A stretch of 63,932 bases of DNA, from positions 1 to 63,932 of the IMG/VR virus record IMGVR_UViG_3300005512_002955; one strand, written 5' to 3'. Within the stretch, counting starts at the first letter, position 1. Each line of letters begins with the position of its first letter. Under the pieces are notes generated by a model. The model worked only from the letters and a program-made list of their open reading frames with translations, searched no databases and was not told where the DNA came from. This DNA is from a virus. Its lineage: Duplodnaviria > Caudoviricetes. Positions 8,629 to 19,087 of the stretch are shown here, one piece after another. A program made the position numbers and the translations under genes.

Positions 8629-9188
8629 TGAAATTTAATGAATTTCGACAATGCCAACGCACAAGATCTAAAACCTGTCAATGCGAAAGTTTGTCTACAA
8701 TCGCAGAAGCAGATAATGAGCATGCTATCGCTCAATGTGTGCTAGAACATTCGGACACTGTAAAAGGTAATATTGTAATGATGCAAAAAGTATCAGGCGG
8801 ACCTACTGTTATTAAAGGTACGATTACAGGTTTAGAACCAGGAGAGCATGGATTTCATATACACGAATTTGGTGATTTAAGCAAAGGTTGTGAAAGTGCA
8901 GGTGCTCATTATAATCCAGACGGAGTTGATCATGGAGATTTGGAACAAGGACACGTGGGCGATCTTGGCAATATTACTGCTGACGATAGCGGTACCGCTA
9001 ATATTAAAATTGTTGCTGAACGTATAGATCTCGTAGGAGAACGTAGCATAGTAGGTAGAAGTATTGTTGTACACAGTGATGTTGACGATTTAGGCAAAGG
9101 CGGAGATGCAGAGAGTTTAAAAACAGGAAATGCAGGTGATAGACTCGCTTGTGGAGTAATTGTTTTGAGAGGAGACGACAATGATTAA
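8628..9188 (+). CDS. sodC: Cu/Zn superoxide dismutase with N-terminal extension
   Basis: HGFHIHEFGD, GAHYNP, HVGDLGNI, GRSIVVH, TGNAGDRLACGVI. Confidence 0.95.
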   Translation: MKFNEFRQCQRTRSKTCQCESLSTIAEADNEHAIAQCVLEHSDTVKGNIVMMQKVSGGPTVIKGTITGLEPGEHGFHIHEFGDLSKGCESAGAHYNPDGVDHGDLEQGHVGDLGNITADDSGTANIKIVAERIDLVGERSIVGRSIVVHSDVDDLGKGGDAESLKTGNAGDRLACGVIVLRGDDND

Positions 9189-9348
9189 AAAATGGATAGA
9201 CTCAAGAATCAAAGAAAGAACATCTTGGGATGGAGCACTATTAGTTGCTCTTGGACTAATGGTATTATTCTTAGCACCATTAGCAAAGATTGCGGCAGGT
9301 ATCGCTATTGTTTACGGTGCTTGGACAATTTATAAAAAAGAAGATTAA
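9181..9348 (+). CDS. 55-aa membrane protein (not in ORF track)
   Basis: GAGGAG SD; MIKKWIDSRIKERTSWDGALLVALGLMVLFLAPLAKIAAGIAIVYGAWTIYKKED. Confidence 0.7.
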   Translation: MIKKWIDSRIKERTSWDGALLVALGLMVLFLAPLAKIAAGIAIVYGAWTIYKKED

Positions 9349-9632
9349 AGTTTACTAATATCTAAATCACTACTAGCGGGCATATCCCATATTTGTTTAC
9401 GGGTTATGCCCATTTTTTGTGCAAATCTCTTGCTATCACAATTACTACAAACATGAAAATAATTGTTGTTAATCCTGTTAGGGTCCATTTTACCCCTATT
9501 TCTTGTAAATTCAACATCACAACTATCACACCTTAATACAATCATAGTACTTGTACGCCAATATTCATGTGCTTTGCCTAGTTTACTAAGGCGTTCATGC
9601 CTTTTTGACACTGTAAATTCTTTTATAAACAT
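9345..9632 (-). CDS. hypothetical zinc-binding protein
   Basis: CDSC ... CSNC pairs; minus-strand TAAATA (9638-9643) 5 nt before ATG. Confidence 0.75.
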   Translation of the reverse strand: MFIKEFTVSKRHERLSKLGKAHEYWRTSTMIVLRCDSCDVEFTRNRGKMDPNRINNNYFHVCSNCDSKRFAQKMGITRKQIWDMPASSDLDISKL

Positions 9633-9637
9633 ACATA

Positions 9638-9673
9638 TATTTACATTAAGATTATAAAATCATACGATAAATA
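9638..9673. promoter_or_regulatory. divergent pair of late-type promoters
   Basis: TAAATA on minus strand 9638-9643 and on plus strand 9668-9673. Confidence 0.6.
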
Positions 9674-9692
9674 ACATTAATAGGAGTCATAT

Positions 9693-10049
9693 ATGCCAGT
9701 TTGTACACTTACAGAATCAGCAAAAAATAAAATAAACACACTTTGTGAAGAAAAATCAGCATATGCTGTTAGTTTAAATATGAAGGGTGGTGGTTGTGCA
9801 GGATTTGAGTATACTTGGAATTTTGCTGAACAAGCAGATATTCAAGAAAATGACGAAGTAATTGAAACTGGTAAAGGACGTTTAGTCATAGGAGCCCCTA
9901 GCATTATGTTTTTAGTAGGAACAGAAATTGATTACGTAAGCCAAGTGTTTGGTAGTAATTTTGAAATACATAATCCTAATGCTAAAAGCTCATGTGGCTG
10001 TGGAGTAAGCGTAAATTTCGACTTTGATAAGTTAGCAGAACCTGCATAA
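9693..10049 (+). CDS. iscA: A-type Fe-S carrier (IscA/HesB family)
   Basis: GGGCAGFEY, GTEIDY, NPNAKSSCGCGVS. Confidence 0.92.
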   Translation: MPVCTLTESAKNKINTLCEEKSAYAVSLNMKGGGCAGFEYTWNFAEQADIQENDEVIETGKGRLVIGAPSIMFLVGTEIDYVSQVFGSNFEIHNPNAKSSCGCGVSVNFDFDKLAEPA

Positions 10050-10061
10050 TTGGAGCAATAA

Positions 10062-13000
10062 ATGGCAAAACAAGACGTAAATATTGGTGTTGAGGGTAAT
10101 GATGGAACCGGCGATAGTATTCGCGAATCCTTCCGCAAAGTAAACGAAAACTTTACAGAACTGTATGCGGTATTTGGCGTAGGTGGCCAAATTACTTTTA
10201 GCACACTTAGCGACACTCCGGACGAACTTGCACCTAACACAATACCGCTTGTAAATGATGCAGGAACTTTTGTAACACTGTCTACATTGGCTAGTAATAG
10301 TGCTTTAGATGCAAATGCCCAAGATACAATTACATTCAGTTATGATGTACCAGGAAAACTTATTATTAGTAGTGCATTCACTCAAGTAGGTGATGATTTT
10401 ACTCCAACACTTGGCGGACCTTTAAATGCAGCTGGTTTTGGTATTGCTAATGTTGGTATAAGCACTGCGGCCGCAGAAGCAATGAATGCTGCACATGACA
10501 GTTTAAATAATATCACCGTAGATGATTTAGTTATAACCAAAGGTTATGCTGATCAAAGATATATTACATCTGGATTGCCTTTGCGTGTAGCAGATGAGCC
10601 TACAGGTAAATTACACTATACATTTGAGATAAATCAATATGTTGATGGTGCTGTGGAAATCCTAACCCATTATGATGTTGATCAAGCTCTGCAAGTAGGC
10701 GGACACGGATTAGAAAGCGGATCAAACGGCACTGCTTTAAAATTTAATTCAGAAGACACCGATCCTACTAATTTAACAAGTGGAACAACATATTACCTAA
10801 GAGTTGTAAGTCCAACTAGATTGTATCTATATACAGAAGCTAACAAACAATATTCTTTCACTGATAACCTATCTGATGCAGAAACATTTAAAGTTGTTCC
10901 AAGTGGAATTATCGCTGCAGATGACACACATACTCTTGTTGACGCCGCACTAGATAATGATCTTGCAGGGAATTTCTTAGCTGATACTGCAATGCCAAGA
11001 GATGCTGTTTTAAGACGTCAAGGCGATACAATGGAAGGTAATTTGTATCTGTCAGATCATCCAGGTGAACTTGCAGGACAAGGTGCACCTAATGGTGTAG
11101 AAGATCTACAAGCAGCAACAAAATATTATGTTGATAACACTGCCTATAGTTCACCAGAAGTATTATTTGTAAGCTCAGGTGGCGACGACAATATGAATGG
11201 TGTACCTCCTGGAAAAGAAGGAACATCTTATACATATGCATTCAAAACAATTAATGCAGCTGCCCAACGTGCTGAAGAATTAATAAAATCTGCTCCTTCA
11301 GAGCCAGGCAACTATATGCAAACTCTTACTCACACAGGATTTACAAAAGACAGTGTTGTTATAAATGCAGATGTCGAAACACCAGTTTTTGAACAGGCAA
11401 GAAAATTATTAGACAATAACAGATTATATATTCAAAAAGAAGTAGTTTCATTTATTAATAGACAATTTCCCGACTTTTCTTACGCAGAAGCTACATGCGA
11501 AAGAGATGTTGGTTTAATCATTGATGCTATAGCACTAGATATAAACAGAGGGTTAACAGCAAACTATCTTACTATACAAGCTGCTCAAAGATATTATTCA
11601 GGTGTAAGTGCAAGGATTGCTATTACCACACAATTGAATGAAACAGTTGCAGGAATTGTGAAAGCAAGAGACATTGCTACGGCTATATTAACTAATGACT
11701 TACTAGAACAACGTAATGTGCAGTCAATTACCGTGGAAGAAATTCCAACTGTAACAACTACAACAAATCACGGACTGAGTAACGGCGATCTAGTGGTGTT
11801 TAGAAATGTTCAAGGTATGGTGCAAATAACAGACAATACTAAAAAGTATGTTAGAGTTACAAGTCCATCTACGTTTGAACTTTATAATGATAGCAGTTTA
11901 ACTGTGTCTTATGATACATCAGGATTTGACGGCTATACAGGCAGTGGTATTATTGGACTTGTTTATCAAGTTGAAGAAAATCAATACTTTGATTTAGATA
12001 CTATTGTAACTATTACAACTACTGGAAATGTTAGTGTGTCAGCAGGTGAAACATTAACACAAGTAGGAAGTGGAGCAACTGGTATTGTTGTTAGTTCAGT
12101 GACTAATGGAACTACAGTGCTTTTAGAATCAACTACAGGAACCTTCAACACTGGTAACGAATTTACAGGTAGTGTAAGCGGAGCATTAGGTCCTGATAGT
12201 ATTCCTAGTACAATAGCAAGAGACCTTGATGCAGATTCTAATGCTGTTACTGCTGTTCAAGATAAATTTAATTTGATTACTACAATCATTCAAAATGGAT
12301 TAGATAGTGGTGGTGACATTGTTTATGGTAGCACATATAAAATTGTTGTTACAAATGGTGCAAGCACATATACAGATCAAACCAATCCTAACAACACAGA
12401 TGCACTTCCAGGTAAAGTTATACGAGGGAAACGTTCTGAAGCTATAGGACAAATAGTGAGTTTCACTAATGACGTAGGTGCAGAGGCGGCGACAGACCCA
12501 CAGACTGGCGGTTTAGAACCTGGTCCAACTGTTTTCCAAATGCACTTATTAAGTGCAAAAGATTTCGAACCAGGAGAACCGTTAGAGTTTGGTAATTTTG
12601 TTAAAAGAAAACAAGTTACTATACAAGTAGAATCAGGTATATATGAAGAAGATTATCCTATTAGAATCAGCAATAACGTATCTCTTAGAGGTGACGAGTT
12701 TAGACGAGTAATTATCAAACCAAAAACAGAAACAGATTCAAGAATTCCAAGGATTTCGCAAAGCCCATATGCTAGTTTATATTTTTATAGAGATAATGAA
12801 TTTGATGGAATGACTTTGAATAATGGTGGTACAACTTTCTTTAACCAAGATAATATTGCACAAGGTAAGTTTGGATATCATTACTTGTATAGAGGTGATA
12901 GACCATTGAATATAGGACCAGACGTTACTAACGCAGGCGACTATACTACTAGTTCAAACATTTTAAAAGAAAATAAAGATTACATAATAGAAGAAACTAT

Positions 13001-16000
13001 CGAATTTATTACACAACAGTTTCCTTCTTTAGTATACGATACTGACAAGTGTAGAAGAGATACTGGTCTTGTTGTTGATGCCCTTATAAATGACTTGCGT
13101 AATGGTGGGGAAGAAAAAACTTTAGAAGTCCAAGGAAGTTATCAAACTTTGTTAGCAGGTGAAGGAGATTATTTAACCCAATTAGGAGACAGTACACAAG
13201 AAGTTGCGACTGAGGATGCTATACAAAACATAAGCCAATTAGCTAACGCTTTGCTTTCAGGTGTTGCTCCAAACTATACTACAGGTTCTTATACCGCTGG
13301 CAGTGCGGCCGTTTTAGCAAATGAAACACCAGATATTACTTTAGGATCAGGAGAAGCAGGAACAGCAACTATTGTTGGAACACTTATAGATAAGATTACT
13401 TTTGTGTTTGATGTTGAATATAATCCTCCAAAACGAAATGACCAAATGGATGTTTTCTTAATGAGTGATGCTACTATCATAAGAAACGTAACAGTGCAGG
13501 GACATGGTGGATTTATGTGTGTGCTGGATCCTGAAGGACAAGTTTTAACTAAGTCACCTTATATTCAAACAGCGTCTAGTTTCTCTAAGAGTATTAATAA
13601 AAAGATTTTTGCTGGCGGCATGTACGTTGATGCCTATGTTGGAAACTTGCCTACAAGGATTGTTGCTCAACCTTTTACAGCAAATAAATTCATACTAGAT
13701 GTGCAAAGTAATAGTGGTGAAGGACTAAGATTACGTCCACCACAATTACCTTGTCCGTTTTATGTAGAAGGTAGACGTTATCAGGTTAACGCAATTTCAG
13801 ATTTTGACCAAGGTCAAGGAACAGCTAGAATTTATCTTGATGCAAATTCAAATGATGGTGTTGGTTATGATGTTGAGCAGTTTGATGATTCAAGTGTAGA
13901 AAGAGATATTTTCTTCCAAACTGCTGGTAACAGAAGTATGCTTGCAAACGACTTTACACAGGTTAACGACTTAGGTTATGGATTAATTGCAAACAACGCT
14001 GCATTCTCAGAGCAAGTAAGTACATTTACATACTATTGTCAAACAGCAATGTATGCTAATAATGGTTCAGAAATTAGAGGATTAAACTGTTCTAATGGTT
14101 ATGGTAACTTTGGCTTAATTGCTGAAGGTGCTGATCCAAACGAAATTCCAGATCAGATTACAATGAAAGACAGTATGGTTCAACCTGCGAAGGTATTTAC
14201 TGATACAACTTATACAAATGCATTTGACGAACCAAGCATTACAGTCACAGACTTAAAAAGACCGCCAACTGCAAATAGTATTATTACTATTGATCATGGA
14301 GGTGTAACAGGAACACTAAATTACGCAATTAGCACTGTTACCAACATCAGTGACACTGATGGAGATGGAATTACTGGAGAAGCAGGTGATGTTGTTATTA
14401 CAGGTGTATCTGCGCTAGATGCTACAACTCTTGCAGGAACTACAGCAGCCACAGGCACATATCAGAGTGTGGCAACAAATACATCAGGTTCGGGTTCAGG
14501 GCTAATCGTTAATGTAACAGTTACAGGTGTTGGTGCAATAGGAGGTTCAGGTGCTGCTGTTGTAGCAGTTGATCAACCAGGTTCAGGACATGCGGCTGGT
14601 GATACTATAACAATTAGCGGTAGTGATCTTGGAGGAAGTTCTCCTACAAATGATCTAACAATAAACGTAGATACAATTTTTGGAACCACACAGGGCACAC
14701 ATAACAATTTAGTTTATAAACTAGATCTCAAAGCAGATGATGTTGCGGCTGATGATTTCTTTGGTACACTACAGGCAACTGTTACTGACGGAACTATCAT
14801 AGAATATAGAGATAACTTTAATCATATATTCGCCAATGTTGCAACTCCAGATGATCTAGTAACTAGACCTTCAACAGCGATTAACTTTGATGAAAGCGAT
14901 AATACAACTTACAGAAGTATTGCATTTAGTAACAAAGATTCGTTCAGTCAAGATCTTAATATAGACGAAGTACTAACCACTTTTGAATTAGGATTCGACT
15001 TTGTGGACTTAGCAATTTCTACAACCAACCTTACTGGAGGATTTGGTAGTGCTCAAGGTGATACAAAAATTGCTGTGCAACCTTTGACTGAAAGTGAAGT
15101 AAACCTTTTTGATGACGCGGAAAGAGTAGCAAGAGATAGTAGAACACAAACAGGATTGTATCCAGGTGATCCTGGTTACAGTGCAGACGGTGGAATGCAA
15201 TTTGTATGGGATGGTAAAACACACGGTATCACAGGATATCATGTAGTATACGATTTTGTCACCACTGGATCAATTACTGTAGTTACAGATGAAACTATTA
15301 CACAAGCAAATACAGGTGCTACAGGTAAAGTACTAGCTGGTACTACAGGATCAACTATTCAACTTTACGATATTACTGGTACATTTAATACAACAGATGA
15401 ATTATCAGGAAGCACAAGTGGTGCTTTAGGTGCTAACAGTGTCCCTACAAGTGTAACAACCGACAGTTGGGCATATATTGAAATTGTTGACATAGCTTCT
15501 ACAAATATTAATAGTTCATATGGTGGTAGTGGTATTAACAGTTCTATACCTGCACAGGATAGAATATTAAGCGCAGGATTGCCAGCAGGTTCAACTGGAG
15601 AAATTACTATTGCTATTTCATTGCTGAGAGCGACAGGACACGACTTTACACAGATTGGTACAGGATCATTTAATGATAGTAACTATCCAAATGTTATTTT
15701 AGGTGAACCTGTTAATGCTCTTGCAGATTTTTACACAGACGCAGAAACTGCAACAAGTTCTCAGGTATGGGAACGTAGAAAAGGAAGAGTGTTCTTTGTA
15801 AGTACAGACCAAGACGGATTCTTCCGTGTAGGTAAATTCTTTAGTGTAGACCAAGCAACAGGTGATATTACATTTGCTGGTGAAATTGGTCTTTCAAATG
15901 CAAACGCACTTGGCTTTAAGAAGGGTGTTACAATAAATGAATTCTCAGCAGATGACAGTTTTGCAGATGATTCAGGACAGGCAGTGCCTACCGAAAAAGC

Positions 16001-18344
16001 AGTCGGTGGATATATAAATCGTGTACTTGGATTTAATGTTAAATCGGGCACACAGATACCAGGTAGTGCAAACAGAATAGGACCAGGCTTCCTTCCACTA
16101 AATGGATTAAGTTCTATGGAGGGAAATTTAAATCTTGGATCTAACAAAATAGTAAACCTTTCACTTCCATCGAGTGGAACTGATGCTACTAATAAAAACT
16201 ATGTAGATGACAATGCTAACGCTTTTGCAACAGTCAAGCAACTTAGAGATACAAGTGTTGATACTGTTGGAAGTAATGAACTTGCAGTGTTTAGTGGTAA
16301 ATCTATAATTTACACTGAACCAGAAACAGGTGGAACATTTACAATTGGTGACACAATCCAAAATGCTGCTATATCCCCAACAGCAACTGGTGTTGTTGTT
16401 GATATTGAAACAATTACTGATGAACAATTTGGAAGCATCAGAAAAATTGTTTATACTCCAGGTAGTGGAACATTCGATCCAGACAACGATACTATTTTCG
16501 AAAATGGAGGCAGTGCCCAAGCTATAGGATTATCTACACCATTACAGGCAGATGTTGGCGGGCCTTTCCCAGAAATTACACATGCTTCGGAAGCAACTTC
16601 AAGTGATATTAACCTTACTATCACAAGAACAGCTGCAGGTGCAGAATTTGACTTCCAGTATGAAGCAGATAGTTTAGTTAATGCTGATGTAAACAGTGCG
16701 GCGGCTATTGCACAAAGTAAACTTGCTATGAATACAGCAGGCACAAGAGCAAACGCTACGGGTATTAGCCAAAGTGACCTAGGTGTCGCAACATTTAAGG
16801 ATACAGAATTTACAGAAACTAGTGGCTTTGTAGAACTACAAACAAGTTCGAGTACAGCGACAGGTATTGCTCCTGGTAAACTACAGCACATTGCTACTGA
16901 CACAGTCCTAGGTAGAAGTGCCGCAGGCGACGGTGCAGTAAGTGCTATTAGTTTTGGTACTGTACTTGATGAAGGTGGTGCTCTTAGAGATAGTGAATTT
17001 GGTGCATTTGGTAATAGTGGTGACGAAGTTCTAATTAGAACAGCGGCAAACACTTATGGTGTCACAGAGGTTACAACATCAGGTGAAAACAGTCGTATTG
17101 TAAAAACTCTAAGTAACGGAAAAATCCGTGTACAAGGACTTGTACTAGGTGGAGCTGACAGCTATGAAGTTGCTACAACAACAGGAACAGGTACTACTCT
17201 TACAGTCAAAACACCTGGACAGGCTGTTATATTCAATGCAACTGGTAATACTAGTGCTAGTTTGGTTACAAAGTTTCCTGGTATTATAGATATAGGTGAT
17301 ACAGGACTTGAAACAGAAAGTAATTTCCAAACTGCAAGTTCATATGCATCCGAAGGTTTTGTAAGCACAGACTGGATTTACTCTAACTTCATTGAAGCAC
17401 TAACGGAAAGAGATGTAAACAGCACTGGAATTGGCTTAGGAGCAGGCGGCGGTTTTACAGAAAGTGCTGCAAACACTATTGTATTTGTAAGCAATGGCGC
17501 TGTTCGAGCAACTATTGATAGTACAGATTTACATGTTGATGCAATATCAAGTTTAAATTCAAACACTGATCTTACACTTAGTGGCAATGGTTCTGGCATT
17601 GTTAGAATAAGCGACAGTTTAGATGTAAACAGTATCGAATCTAGCTCTGCAAATACTAATCTAACATTATCAGCAAATGGCTCCGGAATTGTTGCAATAA
17701 GTGATAACACAAGTATTACTGGAACATTGACTGTGTCAAGCACAGCAACATTTAATGGAACATTGACTGTGTCAAGCACAGCAACATTTAATGGCAATGT
17801 TGATTTAGGTAATGCAACGGCAGATACTATTACATTTACAGGTAGAGTCGATTCAAACATAGAACCTGACTCAACGGCAAATAATAGAAATATTGGTGCT
17901 AGTGATAGACAGTTTAACACTGTTTATGCAAGTGTGTTTGAAGGTACAGCAACCTCAGCACAATATGCTGACTTGGCAGAGAACTATCTAGCTGATGCAG
18001 ACTATGAGGAAGGTACAGTACTAGTGTTTGGTGGTGACGAAGAAGTTACTTTAACAAACACTAAAGGCAATACACGAGTTGCAGGAGTTGTGTCAACTAA
18101 TCCTGCACACTTAATGAATTCAAATCTTGAAGGTGAACACGTCATAGCAATAGCACTACAAGGTCGTGTACCATGTAAAGTACTTGGACGGGTGGCTAAA
18201 GGAGACATGTTGGTTACAAGTGCCATACCAGGATATGCAATAGTTAATAATTCGCCCGGTGTTGGACAAGTAATAGGTAAAGCAGTAGGTGCCAAAGACG
18301 ATGATGGCAAAGGCACTGTTGAAGTTGTGGTAGGGAGAGTATAA
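10062..18344 (+). CDS. giant baseplate/tail-fibre structural protein (2760 aa)
   Basis: T4 gp9/gp10-like N-terminus (NIG...NDGTGDSIRESFRKVNENFTELY); repeated ATK.YVD fibre motifs; C-terminal intramolecular-chaperone-like domain (ADLAENY...GVVSTNPA...ALQGRVPCKV...KGD.LVTS...IGKA). Confidence 0.85.
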   Translation: MAKQDVNIGVEGNDGTGDSIRESFRKVNENFTELYAVFGVGGQITFSTLSDTPDELAPNTIPLVNDAGTFVTLSTLASNSALDANAQDTITFSYDVPGKLIISSAFTQVGDDFTPTLGGPLNAAGFGIANVGISTAAAEAMNAAHDSLNNITVDDLVITKGYADQRYITSGLPLRVADEPTGKLHYTFEINQYVDGAVEILTHYDVDQALQVGGHGLESGSNGTALKFNSEDTDPTNLTSGTTYYLRVVSPTRLYLYTEANKQYSFTDNLSDAETFKVVPSGIIAADDTHTLVDAALDNDLAGNFLADTAMPRDAVLRRQGDTMEGNLYLSDHPGELAGQGAPNGVEDLQAATKYYVDNTAYSSPEVLFVSSGGDDNMNGVPPGKEGTSYTYAFKTINAAAQRAEELIKSAPSEPGNYMQTLTHTGFTKDSVVINADVETPVFEQARKLLDNNRLYIQKEVVSFINRQFPDFSYAEATCERDVGLIIDAIALDINRGLTANYLTIQAAQRYYSGVSARIAITTQLNETVAGIVKARDIATAILTNDLLEQRNVQSITVEEIPTVTTTTNHGLSNGDLVVFRNVQGMVQITDNTKKYVRVTSPSTFELYNDSSLTVSYDTSGFDGYTGSGIIGLVYQVEENQYFDLDTIVTITTTGNVSVSAGETLTQVGSGATGIVVSSVTNGTTVLLESTTGTFNTGNEFTGSVSGALGPDSIPSTIARDLDADSNAVTAVQDKFNLITTIIQNGLDSGGDIVYGSTYKIVVTNGASTYTDQTNPNNTDALPGKVIRGKRSEAIGQIVSFTNDVGAEAATDPQTGGLEPGPTVFQMHLLSAKDFEPGEPLEFGNFVKRKQVTIQVESGIYEEDYPIRISNNVSLRGDEFRRVIIKPKTETDSRIPRISQSPYASLYFYRDNEFDGMTLNNGGTTFFNQDNIAQGKFGYHYLYRGDRPLNIGPDVTNAGDYTTSSNILKENKDYIIEETIEFITQQFPSLVYDTDKCRRDTGLVVDALINDLRNGGEEKTLEVQGSYQTLLAGEGDYLTQLGDSTQEVATEDAIQNISQLANALLSGVAPNYTTGSYTAGSAAVLANETPDITLGSGEAGTATIVGTLIDKITFVFDVEYNPPKRNDQMDVFLMSDATIIRNVTVQGHGGFMCVLDPEGQVLTKSPYIQTASSFSKSINKKIFAGGMYVDAYVGNLPTRIVAQPFTANKFILDVQSNSGEGLRLRPPQLPCPFYVEGRRYQVNAISDFDQGQGTARIYLDANSNDGVGYDVEQFDDSSVERDIFFQTAGNRSMLANDFTQVNDLGYGLIANNAAFSEQVSTFTYYCQTAMYANNGSEIRGLNCSNGYGNFGLIAEGADPNEIPDQITMKDSMVQPAKVFTDTTYTNAFDEPSITVTDLKRPPTANSIITIDHGGVTGTLNYAISTVTNISDTDGDGITGEAGDVVITGVSALDATTLAGTTAATGTYQSVATNTSGSGSGLIVNVTVTGVGAIGGSGAAVVAVDQPGSGHAAGDTITISGSDLGGSSPTNDLTINVDTIFGTTQGTHNNLVYKLDLKADDVAADDFFGTLQATVTDGTIIEYRDNFNHIFANVATPDDLVTRPSTAINFDESDNTTYRSIAFSNKDSFSQDLNIDEVLTTFELGFDFVDLAISTTNLTGGFGSAQGDTKIAVQPLTESEVNLFDDAERVARDSRTQTGLYPGDPGYSADGGMQFVWDGKTHGITGYHVVYDFVTTGSITVVTDETITQANTGATGKVLAGTTGSTIQLYDITGTFNTTDELSGSTSGALGANSVPTSVTTDSWAYIEIVDIASTNINSSYGGSGINSSIPAQDRILSAGLPAGSTGEITIAISLLRATGHDFTQIGTGSFNDSNYPNVILGEPVNALADFYTDAETATSSQVWERRKGRVFFVSTDQDGFFRVGKFFSVDQATGDITFAGEIGLSNANALGFKKGVTINEFSADDSFADDSGQAVPTEKAVGGYINRVLGFNVKSGTQIPGSANRIGPGFLPLNGLSSMEGNLNLGSNKIVNLSLPSSGTDATNKNYVDDNANAFATVKQLRDTSVDTVGSNELAVFSGKSIIYTEPETGGTFTIGDTIQNAAISPTATGVVVDIETITDEQFGSIRKIVYTPGSGTFDPDNDTIFENGGSAQAIGLSTPLQADVGGPFPEITHASEATSSDINLTITRTAAGAEFDFQYEADSLVNADVNSAAAIAQSKLAMNTAGTRANATGISQSDLGVATFKDTEFTETSGFVELQTSSSTATGIAPGKLQHIATDTVLGRSAAGDGAVSAISFGTVLDEGGALRDSEFGAFGNSGDEVLIRTAANTYGVTEVTTSGENSRIVKTLSNGKIRVQGLVLGGADSYEVATTTGTGTTLTVKTPGQAVIFNATGNTSASLVTKFPGIIDIGDTGLETESNFQTASSYASEGFVSTDWIYSNFIEALTERDVNSTGIGLGAGGGFTESAANTIVFVSNGAVRATIDSTDLHVDAISSLNSNTDLTLSGNGSGIVRISDSLDVNSIESSSANTNLTLSANGSGIVAISDNTSITGTLTVSSTATFNGTLTVSSTATFNGNVDLGNATADTITFTGRVDSNIEPDSTANNRNIGASDRQFNTVYASVFEGTATSAQYADLAENYLADADYEEGTVLVFGGDEEVTLTNTKGNTRVAGVVSTNPAHLMNSNLEGEHVIAIALQGRVPCKVLGRVAKGDMLVTSAIPGYAIVNNSPGVGQVIGKAVGAKDDDGKGTVEVVVGRV
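17721..17792 (+). repeat. perfect 36-bp tandem duplication (GTLTVSSTATFN x2)
   Basis: ggaacattgactgtgtcaagcacagcaacatttaat at 17721-17756 and 17757-17792. Confidence 0.95.
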
Positions 18345-19066
18345 TGGCTAAGAAAACTATCAACATTGGAACAAGTGTAAACGCAGGCAACGGTGATCCT
18401 TTACGCACAGCATTTGATAAAATTAATGATAACTTTGATGAACTGTATGCGGCAACAACCCTAGACTTAGACAGTATAGGTTCTAACATGATACCTACTA
18501 CTGATGGTGCTTATGCACTAGGTAGTGCCAGTAAACAGTGGAGCGATTTATATGTAAAAGATTTTATCTACCTAGGCAACGCTAGATTACAATCTGATGT
18601 GCAAGGAAATCTTGTAATAAATGGTGCAAGTATAAAAGTAGACGGTGATGTAACTGGTAGTATTTTTGCAGATGATAGCACTTTACTTGTAGATGCAATA
18701 AATGGTAAAATTGTAGGTCCGGTCGAAGCCAACGTCACTGGTAATTTAACAGGAAATGTAACTGGTAATTTGACGGGCAATGTAACAGGAAATGTAACAG
18801 GAAATATAGTGGGGAACACAACTGGATACCATACAGGCGATGTAACTGGTAGTGTATTTGCAGATGATTCAACTATTATTGTTGATGGCGTTTCAGGAGC
18901 TGTAACACCTTCTGAATTTAAACCACCTATGCTTACACAAGCACAAATAGATGCACTTACACCTGTAGAAGGATTAATGGTGTACAACACAACAACAGGA
19001 AAGTTTCAAGGATATGCTGCAGACGCAAATAACGACAGTGTTGCTGGCTGGGCAGATCTACACTAA
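18344..19066 (+). CDS. baseplate/fibre protein with gp9/gp10-like N-terminus
   Basis: TINIGT..NAGNGDPLRTAFDKINDNFDELY; GN(V/L)T repeats; two GS(I/V)FADDST motifs. Confidence 0.8.
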   Translation: MAKKTINIGTSVNAGNGDPLRTAFDKINDNFDELYAATTLDLDSIGSNMIPTTDGAYALGSASKQWSDLYVKDFIYLGNARLQSDVQGNLVINGASIKVDGDVTGSIFADDSTLLVDAINGKIVGPVEANVTGNLTGNVTGNLTGNVTGNVTGNIVGNTTGYHTGDVTGSVFADDSTIIVDGVSGAVTPSEFKPPMLTQAQIDALTPVEGLMVYNTTTGKFQGYAADANNDSVAGWADLH

Positions 19067-19087
19067 ATATAGATATAGGAAAACAAA

